This document shows positions 41,323 to 49,673 of a DNA stretch of 64,000 nucleotides, one piece after another (within the stretch, counting starts at the first letter, position 1; each line of letters begins with the position of its first letter). The stretch is from IMG/VR virus record IMGVR_UViG_3300005573_000064, positions 53,565 to 117,564 of that record; one strand, 5' to 3'. This stretch comes from a virus. The translations under genes were made by a program, and so were the position numbers. The notes under the pieces are model-generated. The model did not search any database. It had not been told where the DNA came from and saw only the letters and a program-made list of their open reading frames with translations.

Positions 41323-41976
41323 TTACTTGCGTGATCTCACCGAACCGGATCTCCGTCTATTGAGAGAATTCAGATCGTAATCGAACTTTCTAAAGGTGAC
41401 CACGTATACTATGGTTCTTAAGGAAATATCGGACCCAAAACCTTTCCTGGAAGACTTAAAGCTATCACCGGAGGAGTGGGCCGAGCTATTGATAAGGTAT
41501 TTGAAGTAGTTGACCACCGCTCGCCCGCTATTGATATTCTCTATGGCGTTGTCATAATCCTCCTGGGATATGTTGGAGATGGCGCACTTCTTAATGCTTA
41601 TCACTTCAAGCAGCCCTTTTCTTCGGTTCTCGCTTTTCGTGCGCACGTCAATGATGTCTCCGAGAAGCAACGCATCCTGAAGGCCGCTGCTGGCCGCGTT
41701 TAGGGAGTAGCCGTTTCGGGAATCCGTAGGGTTGGACTCATGACCTCTCGGGACGGGAGAATTACTTTGTAAATCTCCCGGGGTCGGGGACTCGGCTTGC
41801 AAATCCCCCCGGTCAGGGCGGCTCGGATCCTCCGGGATGACGTAGCCTGCGGACTCCGTCCGTCCGCCATGCCGTCCGGCCCTGGCGGGATCACGCTCGG
41901 CCATTACGAATATGGATATGCGATCCATTTTTTCATATCGATCAAGCAGCGACTCGGGAATAACAAAAGTGCGCAT
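41323..41976 (-). CDS. Divergent ASCH/PUA-like protein with a low-complexity insertion
   Basis: GDIIDV..LEVISIKK..ISNISQEDY..VYVVTFRK. Confidence 0.45.
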   Translation of the reverse strand: MRTFVIPESLLDRYEKMDRISIFVMAERDPARAGRHGGRTESAGYVIPEDPSRPDRGDLQAESPTPGDLQSNSPVPRGHESNPTDSRNGYSLNAASSGLQDALLLGDIIDVRTKSENRRKGLLEVISIKKCAISNISQEDYDNAIENINSGRAVVNYFKYLINSSAHSSGDSFKSSRKGFGSDISLRTIVYVVTFRKFDYDLNSLNRRRSGSVRSRK

Positions 41977-42144
41977 GGCGTTTATCCTATCGAAATTTCA
42001 TTGACCGCAATCCGGGGTGGTAACCAAATCCCGTACGTCTTGGGACATAGGCCCCACTATGGCTTAGGGCCGGCCCACCTCCCCCGGTGTAATCCAAAAA
42101 TCATCCTATTCAAAGTGTCACACTCATATTATAGGCTATTTTCC

Positions 42145-42356
42145 TCAGGGCGTGAGATGACGCACACCCATGCAAATCACATCGTACGCCACCAATAACC
42201 CCATCACGATCAGATACCCCCGCAAAACATAAAGGGAGAACTTGACGCTCCTGCTCATTGGCATCGGACCAAGGGCGTCCGCGCTGACCTTCTCCTCCGG
42301 CTCATCAAACAGAGGATGCACTACGTAATAAACTTCGTCCCGTCTTGACTCCCCAT
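42145..42356 (-). pseudogene. Frameshifted small membrane-protein gene
   Basis: GGGAGG RBS and ATG lie out of frame (at ATGGGG) with the open frame YYVVHPLFDEPEEKV..FSLYVLRGYLIVMGLLVAY. Confidence 0.4.
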
Positions 42357-42536
42357 TGTCTTACCCTCCCTAGCCGGAACAACTCGGCCCCTTCGTAAAA
42401 GATTGTTTACACACCTGTTAGATTTATGCAAGCAGCTAATACGCCAATTCAAGTCCGCCATCGGACCGATCGATGCACCTAGCGAGGATTGTCGGAGGAG
42501 AGAGCGGGGTTGCGGTTCAGCCCCGCTCTCGGGGTG

Positions 42537-42720
42537 TGAGTTACAAGTAACCCACAGGATGGGGATATAAAGCGAAGTTACCGTGTCTCACTTTAATTAT
42601 AGCACATATAATCTCACCTCATGAGTCATAACTAACTCATGGAGGCGTGAGTTACAAGTAACTCACGGGTCCCTCGAATTACAAGTAATTCGCGTCCCTC
42701 GAGTTACAAGTAACTCGAGC
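42537..42720. repeat. Second cluster of GAGTTACAAGTAACTC palindromes (about five copies)
   Basis: One copy at ~42538 and a tandem run at 42616-42720; the last copy supplies the stop codon of 42704..43366. Confidence 0.88.
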
Positions 42721-43366
42721 CCCTGAATTTCCTCAAACGTCTTATCGGAACCACCAGGCATATGTCCCTCTCCAAAGGCTTTCCGGGCAAGCTCTCCTTA
42801 AGATTGAGATGCTTGTAGCTAACCCTCCCGACCTTCAGGAACTCCCCCACGCTCATCCACCCGAGAAGCGAAGCCTCTAGAATCCTGAACCTCACATTCG
42901 AACCCCTAAGTTGTTCCAAGCCGTAGGATTTATAAAGTAATTCTCCCATCTCAAGCCCATTACAAGATGACGAACAATCACCGGAGAGGTGGCCGGGCTT
43001 ATTCTCAATCTTCGGAGCCACGCCAATCCTGACCGCAACGACAACGGAGTTAAGTCCCGCCCTAAGCAGACACACCTTTGGTATCCACACACTGTCAAGC
43101 TGAGGCCCTATCGACTTGCAAACAACCCCTCTTCCATCCGGAAGAACCCCATCCACATTCGACCCATCCCCCTTTCCTCCGTAAGCGTTGAAGTCCATTG
43201 TCGCTCCCAGCATCAGTTCGACAAGAAGCTCCCCCACCGCTCCCATGAAATGCTTTTCCAAAGGCGTCCTTCCCCTGCATACCGTCTGGTTCGTCTTCGC
43301 CCCGTTCCTCTCCAAGGCTATGCGCAAAGCTCTTTCCTCTATTTGTTTTATTTTGTCAATTTCCAT
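42704..43366 (-). CDS. Hypothetical protein, PD-(D/E)xK nuclease-like
   Basis: GAVGELLV..GDG..VDG..VCKS pattern; TTGCTT-18-TATAAT upstream (43374-43403). Confidence 0.45.
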   Translation of the reverse strand: MEIDKIKQIEERALRIALERNGAKTNQTVCRGRTPLEKHFMGAVGELLVELMLGATMDFNAYGGKGDGSNVDGVLPDGRGVVCKSIGPQLDSVWIPKVCLLRAGLNSVVVAVRIGVAPKIENKPGHLSGDCSSSCNGLEMGELLYKSYGLEQLRGSNVRFRILEASLLGWMSVGEFLKVGRVSYKHLNLKESLPGKPLERDICLVVPIRRLRKFRGSSYL

Positions 43367-43468
43367 AATTCCAATTATACCTAGTTTTCCATGGAAAAAG
43401 CAACCCGTAAGTTAGTTATAACTTACGCCTCCGTGAGATTTACGCAAGTAATTCTCACGTCTTGACGC

Positions 43469-43630
43469 TTCAAATCTCAAGTTCAGTACTTCAAACCTGG
43501 AATTCAGCTTTTCAAATCCAGAATTCAGTACTTCAAAATCTCAAGTTCAGCCCTTTAAATCTGGAATTCAAATCCTGAAGTCAGTCCTTAAAATCTGGAA
43601 TTCAGTACTTTAAAGCCGGAATTCAGTACT
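43469..43630. repeat. Degenerate ~21-bp tandem repeat (about 7-8 units) at the strand-switch point
   Basis: Consensus approximately CTTCAAATCTGGAATTCAGTA. Confidence 0.85.
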
Positions 43631-43738
43631 AGGTGTACTGGTGGGGAATACGGGGGGATATTCCCGTTTTGCCCACGGTAACATCACGTGGCGACTTTGG
43701 GACAAGCCAACGCGCCCCCACGCCACAAGGAGACTCAA

Positions 43739-43948
43739 ATGAAACGCTTTCTCGTTGTTGTTGGTTTTGTTACCATCCTTGCGGTCCTCGTGACCGCAAC
43801 GCTGTTGTTTGTCGAGAGATTCACATCACACAAGCCCATGACCGCGTTGCGGTTATGGGTCAAAGACGTCCGCGCTATGGCGGACGCGGGCGTCACTGCA
43901 GCGAAAGCTGCAGCACCGAAAAAGGCCAAACCGACCGCGAAGAAGTAA
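43739..43948 (+). CDS. Small single-TM protein, family A copy 1 (69 aa)
   Basis: AAGGAG RBS before MKRFLVV; TM segment and basic tail. Confidence 0.85.
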   Translation: MKRFLVVVGFVTILAVLVTATLLFVERFTSHKPMTALRLWVKDVRAMADAGVTAAKAAAPKKAKPTAKK

Positions 43949-44050
43949 CTCGCGGTCGATGAGGATTGGGAGGGTCTAACGACCCTCCCTTTCCTCATGT
44001 GTGGCGATTGGACCAAAGGGCATAGCCCTCCACGCCACAAGGAGACTCAA

Positions 44051-44260
44051 ATGAAACGCTTTCTCGTTGTTGTTGGTTTTGTTACCATCCTTGCGGTCCT
44101 CGTGACCGCAACGCTGTTGTTTGTCGAGAGATTCACATCACACAAGCCCATGACCGCGTTGCGGTTATGGGTCAAAGACGTCCGCGCTATGGCGGACGCG
44201 GGCGTCACTGCAGCGAAAGCTGCAGCACCGAAAAAGGCCAAACCGACCGCGAAGAAGTAA
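44051..44260 (+). CDS. Family A copy 2, identical to copy 1
   Basis: Exact nucleotide duplicate offset by 312 bp. Confidence 0.85.
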   Translation: MKRFLVVVGFVTILAVLVTATLLFVERFTSHKPMTALRLWVKDVRAMADAGVTAAKAAAPKKAKPTAKK

Positions 44261-44374
44261 CTCGCGGTCGATGAGGATTGGGAGGGTCTAACGACCCTCC
44301 CTTTCCTCATGTAACGTGGCGAACTACTATGGGACAAGCCAACGCGCCCCCACGCCACGAGAAAGGACGTAAAG

Positions 44375-44935
44375 ATGTTGTTGATAGTCGTTGTTATTTC
44401 CCTCCTGGCCCTTTACGGGCTCGGAGTGGCCATCATCTCCGCTTCGAAAGAGGCGGAGAGCTTTATCTCCGCCTCATTGGCGGAGATCGCTAAAGCTTCT
44501 ATCTCCCAGGCTTCAACCTGGGAGGCGGATGGTAAGAACATCCGCTTTTCGTTTCTACGGGGAACCAACCTGCACTTTGGGGTGCAGGGCGATACCGCAT
44601 TTGTTCTGGTACCCGATGCGGGTACCGGTGAATTTATCACCGTCCGCCTCAACGCCCGGGCATACGCCCGGGCTAAGGCGGTCTGTTACGGTGAGCTCCC
44701 CCCAGCGGCTGAGCTGGAGGGAGAGACCTGGATACCGGACTCCAGAGGTATGAGGTTCTCCATGCAAATGGGAGAGAACCTCGTGCACTTTGGAGTGCAC
44801 GAGGGAGTCCCCTACCTCGTGGCGGGTGATCCCGCCACGGGGGTTGTAGTTCGTCTGACGGAGCGGGCTTATGCCCGCTTCGAGGGGGAATTCTTCCGCA
44901 TTCATGCGGGAGAAATTCCCAACCGCTGGAGATAA
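44375..44935 (+). CDS. TM-anchored protein with an internal domain duplication
   Basis: W..D...RFS....HFGV......D..TG..VRL..RAYAR occurs twice. Confidence 0.8.
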   Translation: MLLIVVVISLLALYGLGVAIISASKEAESFISASLAEIAKASISQASTWEADGKNIRFSFLRGTNLHFGVQGDTAFVLVPDAGTGEFITVRLNARAYARAKAVCYGELPPAAELEGETWIPDSRGMRFSMQMGENLVHFGVHEGVPYLVAGDPATGVVVRLTERAYARFEGEFFRIHAGEIPNRWR

Positions 44936-45018
44936 GCGGAAGGGGATTGAGGATTGGGAGGGTCTAACGACCCTCCCTTTTCTCATGTGACATCCTAAAC
45001 GGAAAGGAGGTGATTAGG

Positions 45019-45159
45019 ATGCTGTGGCTCATGATGTTGGGAATGGTGGTCCTCGCGGTGGAGTTAGCTGTCCACCGCGGGTGGATCGATTTCTCGGGCT
45101 ACCCGGCTGATCCGGATAAATACGTTCCGGACCAGCCTATCGACTGGCCCGAGGACTAA
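45019..45159 (+). CDS. 46-aa membrane peptide (below the ORF-track cutoff)
   Basis: AAAGGAGGTGA RBS; MLWLMMLGMVVLAVELAVHRGW...DWPED; flanked by the repeat element. Confidence 0.75.
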   Translation: MLWLMMLGMVVLAVELAVHRGWIDFSGYPADPDKYVPDQPIDWPED

Positions 45160-45233
45160 GAGGATTGGGAGGGTCTAACGACCCTCCCTTTCCTCGTGTG
45201 AGATTTTAAATTCATAAGAAAGGAGCGAGGAAG

Positions 45234-45527
45234 ATGAAGCTCTTCCACGGAACGAACCAGGTTCTATCGGAGCTGCTCCCTCCCTGTGACACGGGGAATC
45301 AGAGAGAGCTCCGCAGCCGTAACCTGGGAGTGGTCTTCGCCACTTCCGACTTTGGCGTGGCTCTGCGCTATGCGCAGGACGCTGCCAAGCGGTTGGGCGG
45401 CAGCCCGGTAGTTCTTGAGGTTACCGGTGACTTCCGGCCGTGGAAGAATAAGCCCGGATGCACTATCTTCATCGCTCCTTCCGCTCAGGTTGTCGGTATT
45501 AGAAAGGAGGTGAGGGGAAATGAATAG
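45234..45527 (+). CDS. Minimal ADP-ribosyltransferase (Arr-like fold)
   Basis: LFHGT, VFATSD, ALRYA, G.PVVLEV. Confidence 0.7.
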   Translation: MKLFHGTNQVLSELLPPCDTGNQRELRSRNLGVVFATSDFGVALRYAQDAAKRLGGSPVVLEVTGDFRPWKNKPGCTIFIAPSAQVVGIRKEVRGNE

Positions 45528-46077
45528 TATTAGTCTTGGACTAGTGGCGGAAGCCCTGGACTATGTGTCCTGGGAATCCGACCTGATCGCTAAGCTTCAA
45601 GACGAGCCCGTACTATCGTTCCCCTTCACCTCCTCTGTTGACTTAGGCCTTGGTCTGGCTTGGGAGTATTATGCCAAGGCTATGTCTCGAAGACGCGAGC
45701 CGCTTTCCGAGGAGCGGTTCGTGCGTCATTTCTCCCGCCAGGATGGCGTGGCCTACGGGGATATTTTCTCCGGTTGGCTGTTGGGGTCCCAAGTCGGAGA
45801 CCTATTCGCCATCTCGCACTTCGCCCCCGCTTCGATGCGGAGTGGTGTGAAGTTGCTTGAGGCCTTGGCGGGAGAATCCATCAAGTCCGTCATGATGGTG
45901 ACGGACGATCTGGTCGGTATGCTCGACCGTATCTCCGGCTGGCACCTGATTGCCTCCGGGATTCCTATGACCTTCCGTGATGAAGTGGTCATGAAGACAG
46001 TCTTTGTGAATGACTGTCTGTTCTCGGAAGGGCGTGCCGCATTGTTCCAGCGCATGGGGCAGTTGCTTGGACGATAG
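45520..46077 (+). CDS. Hypothetical protein (185 aa)
   Basis: AAGGAGGTG RBS; overlaps the ART gene. Confidence 0.75.
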   Translation: MNSISLGLVAEALDYVSWESDLIAKLQDEPVLSFPFTSSVDLGLGLAWEYYAKAMSRRREPLSEERFVRHFSRQDGVAYGDIFSGWLLGSQVGDLFAISHFAPASMRSGVKLLEALAGESIKSVMMVTDDLVGMLDRISGWHLIASGIPMTFRDEVVMKTVFVNDCLFSEGRAALFQRMGQLLGR

Positions 46078-46253
46078 CCCCTTATGTGTTGGAAGTATCA
46101 CCGGGAAGTGGCCGGGCATAGGGATTAGCCTGAGCCCTTGTTAGGCCGTTGTATCGGCCGGCTTCCTGGCTCGGGGTCTAACGACCCTCCCTTTTTTCAT
46201 GTGTGGCGTATGGGATAAAGGCCAACGTGCCTCCCTCGCCATAGGAGAATATT

Positions 46254-46667
46254 ATGGAAGTAGTTTACTATACGGCAGTTTTTATACTGTCGTATGCATT
46301 GATTCGCTGGGCGGTGGGCCTTCCCCGCCCGGCTGTCAAGCAGTTGGAGTTGAGGAGTCTGGTACTCCTCAGCTATGTCGTGTCTCAGGACATGTCTGAC
46401 TTTTATGAGAAATCGGACATGTCCTATCTGCAGAGCTTTTTAATCGATGTTTCCAGCGAAGTTGTGAGTAGCTGGAGACAGCTTAAGTCCAGAGATCCAG
46501 ATTCGTTATTTAGATCCCTGGATTCGAGCATAGCCCGCCTTAAGGACTATGCGTCTGTGGTTGCCGACATGGAGGGAGACGAGGCTTATGTAAGCCTCGT
46601 GGACTCCATGGGGCACAATTTGAAAGTGATGTTAGAGTATACCCTCGTTCAAGAGGGTATACTCTAG
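46254..46667 (+). CDS. TM-anchored helical protein
   Basis: AGGAG RBS after the leader hairpin. Confidence 0.75.
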   Translation: MEVVYYTAVFILSYALIRWAVGLPRPAVKQLELRSLVLLSYVVSQDMSDFYEKSDMSYLQSFLIDVSSEVVSSWRQLKSRDPDSLFRSLDSSIARLKDYASVVADMEGDEAYVSLVDSMGHNLKVMLEYTLVQEGIL

Positions 46668-46929
46668 TTTCTTATCACCGGAGGGTGGGCCGAGACACAC
46701 CTCTTCCGGCTCGATTACGTGACGCATTACTTAAGTAATGCATCGCGTATTCGGTGCCGGGCTCGGCCCAAGGGGTTCGTGATTATCCCCTCTGCCCGGC
46801 CCACTCCCCGGTGGTTTACTATTCACCTCTTGACGGGTGAATACGTTGAGGGTCTAACGACCCTCCCTTTTCTTATGTATGGCGAAACTGGACTAAAGGG
46901 CATAGCCCTCCACGCCATAGGAGGAAACC

Positions 46930-47133
46930 ATGAAACGGTTTCTGTTTCTTGTTGGGCTGCTTGCAACTCTTGCAGCCCTGGGGGTTGCGGTTCTGTTATT
47001 GATTGAGCGGGTTACCTCCCGCAAGCCACTCAAAGCCTCGATGCTCTGGGTGGCTGATCTCCGCGCGATGTACCGCGCGGGGGTTAGTGCAGCGAAAGCT
47101 GCACGCCCGAAGGAGACCACCACTAAGAAGTAA
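46930..47133 (+). CDS. Family A copy 3 (diverged)
   Basis: MKRFL..ER.TS.KP..LWV.D.RAM..AGV.AAKAA.PK. Confidence 0.85.
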   Translation: MKRFLFLVGLLATLAALGVAVLLLIERVTSRKPLKASMLWVADLRAMYRAGVSAAKAARPKETTTKK

Positions 47134-47232
47134 GTGGTGGTGATCGGATTGGGAGGGTCTAACGACCCTCCCTTTTTTCATGGATGGCGATAGGATTAAA
47201 GGGCATAGCCCTCCACGCCATGGGAGAATACG

Positions 47233-47835
47233 ATGATTATAAGAATCATCGTAAATGCCCGGATTCGCTCCGGGCGTTTTCTGGAGCACCTGATGAAGCA
47301 GGTGCTCCGCAGTGAGGACAGAGTCCTCACTTCTAACTCCCCGTTGGTCGGGGAGTTAGCGGCCAGGAATGGCTGGCCGTTTGTCCCCTTTGATAGAAAT
47401 GTGAAGTACGAGGGCGTACTTCACATCGCCCTTGAAGGCGATATGAAGGACTCCCAAATGAGGGAGTTCTTCTCGGCCCGCTTTGGGCCGAAATATGTGG
47501 AGCGGGTTGTTCCCGCTCCGATGAGCGTGGCCGCTGAAATGGCGGCCAATAAATTGTTCGCTCTCCCGGTTGTCCCCGGGAGGGTGAACTATGTTGACTT
47601 TGTTTCCAATGGACGGAAGTTCCGTCTGTTGGACCAGAACCCCAAGACGGGTTCCGTGTTTGCTAGAGCCCTGACAAAGGGCTGGCGAATCGCCTGGGTC
47701 ATTGACCCGGGCGTGAATGGTCCGGGCTACACCGGGGATGCTGTCTGGACTATCCCCGGTGATAGTCAAGTTTGTTTTGGCACCAAGGCCATGTTGAAGG
47801 CCTTGGTGACCGGTCAGGAGGTGATGCCCTTCTGA
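47233..47835 (+). CDS. Hypothetical protein (200 aa)
   Basis: GGAG RBS after the leader hairpin. Confidence 0.75.
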   Translation: MIIRIIVNARIRSGRFLEHLMKQVLRSEDRVLTSNSPLVGELAARNGWPFVPFDRNVKYEGVLHIALEGDMKDSQMREFFSARFGPKYVERVVPAPMSVAAEMAANKLFALPVVPGRVNYVDFVSNGRKFRLLDQNPKTGSVFARALTKGWRIAWVIDPGVNGPGYTGDAVWTIPGDSQVCFGTKAMLKALVTGQEVMPF

Positions 47836-48147
47836 CCGGAACGGGAGTCAGTTTCCCCGGTCGACTGACTCCCGGCTGTCATGACCGGGTTGACCGTTCC
47901 CCGGTCATTCTGATTGTGCCTTCGGCACTTTAGAATGGCCGGAGTGTGTCGGATCCACGAAGGAATTTGAACAAGGTTTTTAGGTTTTTCAATAAAAAAC
48001 CTTTAAAAACCTTTAAAAACTCCAAATCCCGATGGACTAGGGGGATTTGAAGCCCTGGTGGGTTTCAAATACTCTGGTCCCAGGGATCCGATTATGATAA
48101 AATTATTTTTATAGGGGCTTAAGGAAGCCCCGGAAAGGAAAAATGAA

Positions 48148-48693
48148 ATGCAAAAGTTCGAGCAATACTTTGATCTTCTCTTCCAAGCGGAAGAGCTGGT
48201 CTGGGGGATGGCAACCCCGGACCAAAAGTTGTTTGTCCACAAGTTTGCCCGTGCATACGGGCACTTGTGGGCTGTATCGATTTCTGAGGAAGAGGCTTTA
48301 AGCCTTTCCCTCAGTGAGATTAAATTGATCGCTGCCTCTCGGCAGCGACCGAACCTCCCAGCTGGGATAGAATATCCCAGCGTAGCCCAAGGGTGGTCCA
48401 TTGCGGGCCACGGGCTGGGATACATTCATACCACCCAAACGGGGCGAATTCACGTATTCGTCCCATTTGGGGCGGATACGGATTGGGTCTCCGTTGCGGT
48501 CGCAAGACCCGGGGGGGCCTATCTCGAGACGGCCCTCGACTATGAGGGCCACGTCTTGGCCTTTGATCTGCGGGGTGACCGCTGGTTCAAGCGCCATGAG
48601 CGCGCTTGGGCTAATGTAATCCGGGCATTGTTCCCGGACTTGAGGGGTGGGGAGTTTCCACAATTCCCCGTTGAAGTAGAGTTTGATGACTGA
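48148..48693 (+). CDS. Hypothetical protein (181 aa)
   Basis: Hairpin-GGAAAGGA leader. Confidence 0.75.
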   Translation: MQKFEQYFDLLFQAEELVWGMATPDQKLFVHKFARAYGHLWAVSISEEEALSLSLSEIKLIAASRQRPNLPAGIEYPSVAQGWSIAGHGLGYIHTTQTGRIHVFVPFGADTDWVSVAVARPGGAYLETALDYEGHVLAFDLRGDRWFKRHERAWANVIRALFPDLRGGEFPQFPVEVEFDD

Positions 48694-48702
48694 ACGGGGA
48701 AC

Positions 48703-48844
48703 TTCGGGGCGGAGAAATCCGCCCCGATTTTTTTATGTATGCCGGGGGTTTGGACCGGCATACACTTAGAAATGTCGTTCGGGGCGGAGAAATCCGTCCC
48801 GGTTTTTTTATGCGTGCCGGTCGTTAGGACCGGCATACACTTAA
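48703..48844 (+). repeat. Tandem ~75-bp duplication: terminator-like hairpin + T7 + ATG + second hairpin
   Basis: TTCGGGGCGGAGAAATCCGYCCCGR-TTTTTTT-ATGYRTGCCGG..CCGGCATACACTTA, twice. Confidence 0.85.
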
Positions 48845-48881
48845 AAAATTTCTTATTGGGGCTTGGAAAGCCCCGGAAAGG

Positions 48882-49607
48882 ATGAATGAAATGAGTACAA
48901 TAGAAATTGGGATTTTCGGCTATGACGAGGAGCAGTTCTCGATAACTGCTCAACCCGTCCGAGGTAAACCCTCAACCCGGGAAGACCGGGAGGAGGGTTG
49001 GGTCCTCAAAACCGAGGACGATCCCCGAGGTGGGACGTATTGTCTCACTTTGAAGGACTGTCTTCGGGTGGCCAAATCCTTGGACGGGGTTGTCATAGAC
49101 CCCGCAGCCGAGGAAAAGGCTGGTGCGGAATGGGAGGACTTGAAAAAGTCCTACCTGTTCCCCATAACCGGCTCTAAAGCCGGTGTTATTCGGGATGAGG
49201 AGAACAATCTCCTCATCATGAGATGGGGGTGGATGAAGGGAATACCCTTCGTGACGACCTCAGCGGAGATTTTTCCCTCCGATATAGGGAGGGAGGAAAT
49301 CCTGAGTTTCGAAGAAATTAATCCGGACGAGGTAGCCGCGAGGCTGCTCAATCCGGACCAATTTACCCCCATCAATTACTTCCACACCTACAAGGTGTGG
49401 ACAGCATGTACGGAGGTTGAGGTGACCGTTTGCACCGGTCCAACCTCCGTTTCCCCCTCGGAGAGCGCCTTGCAAGCGCTCAACGAGGCTTACGAGATTG
49501 AAGGAGAGGGCCATGGATACGCCCAGGCTCTCGAAGCCTTCCTGGACGCCAAGGAGGACGAAAGTCTTGCCTTGGTGGAGAAAGAAATCGAGGGGGAAGA
49601 GGGCTGA
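48882..49607 (+). CDS. Acidic hypothetical protein
   Basis: Hairpin-GGAAAGGA leader; very Glu-rich. Confidence 0.75.
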   Translation: MNEMSTIEIGIFGYDEEQFSITAQPVRGKPSTREDREEGWVLKTEDDPRGGTYCLTLKDCLRVAKSLDGVVIDPAAEEKAGAEWEDLKKSYLFPITGSKAGVIRDEENNLLIMRWGWMKGIPFVTTSAEIFPSDIGREEILSFEEINPDEVAARLLNPDQFTPINYFHTYKVWTACTEVEVTVCTGPTSVSPSESALQALNEAYEIEGEGHGYAQALEAFLDAKEDESLALVEKEIEGEEG

Positions 49608-49673
49608 AATGTCAGACCTCTGACCCCTCACTATGAAGGGAGGAGACAGGCTCCTCCCGGAAAGGTTAGTGAA

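Larger units (their letters stand above)
43961..47182 (+). promoter_or_regulatory. Seven copies of the intergenic element (GAGGATT)GGGAGGGTC-TAAC-GACCCTCCC-Y7-RTG
   Basis: Copies start at 43961, 44273, 44949, 45160, 46173, 46848 and 47146; one precedes each gene or unit. Confidence 0.92.

Noticed and set aside
43975-43995. T7/T3-like promoter resemblance (TAACGACCCTCCCTTT)
   Set aside because: Similarity is weak and no T7-type single-subunit RNAP is encoded here.
43961-47182. Integron attC sites (GTCTAAC fits RYYYAAC) or CRISPR repeats
   Set aside because: No matching downstream GTTRRRY or L boxes and no integrase in the window. The intervening sequences are whole genes of variable length.
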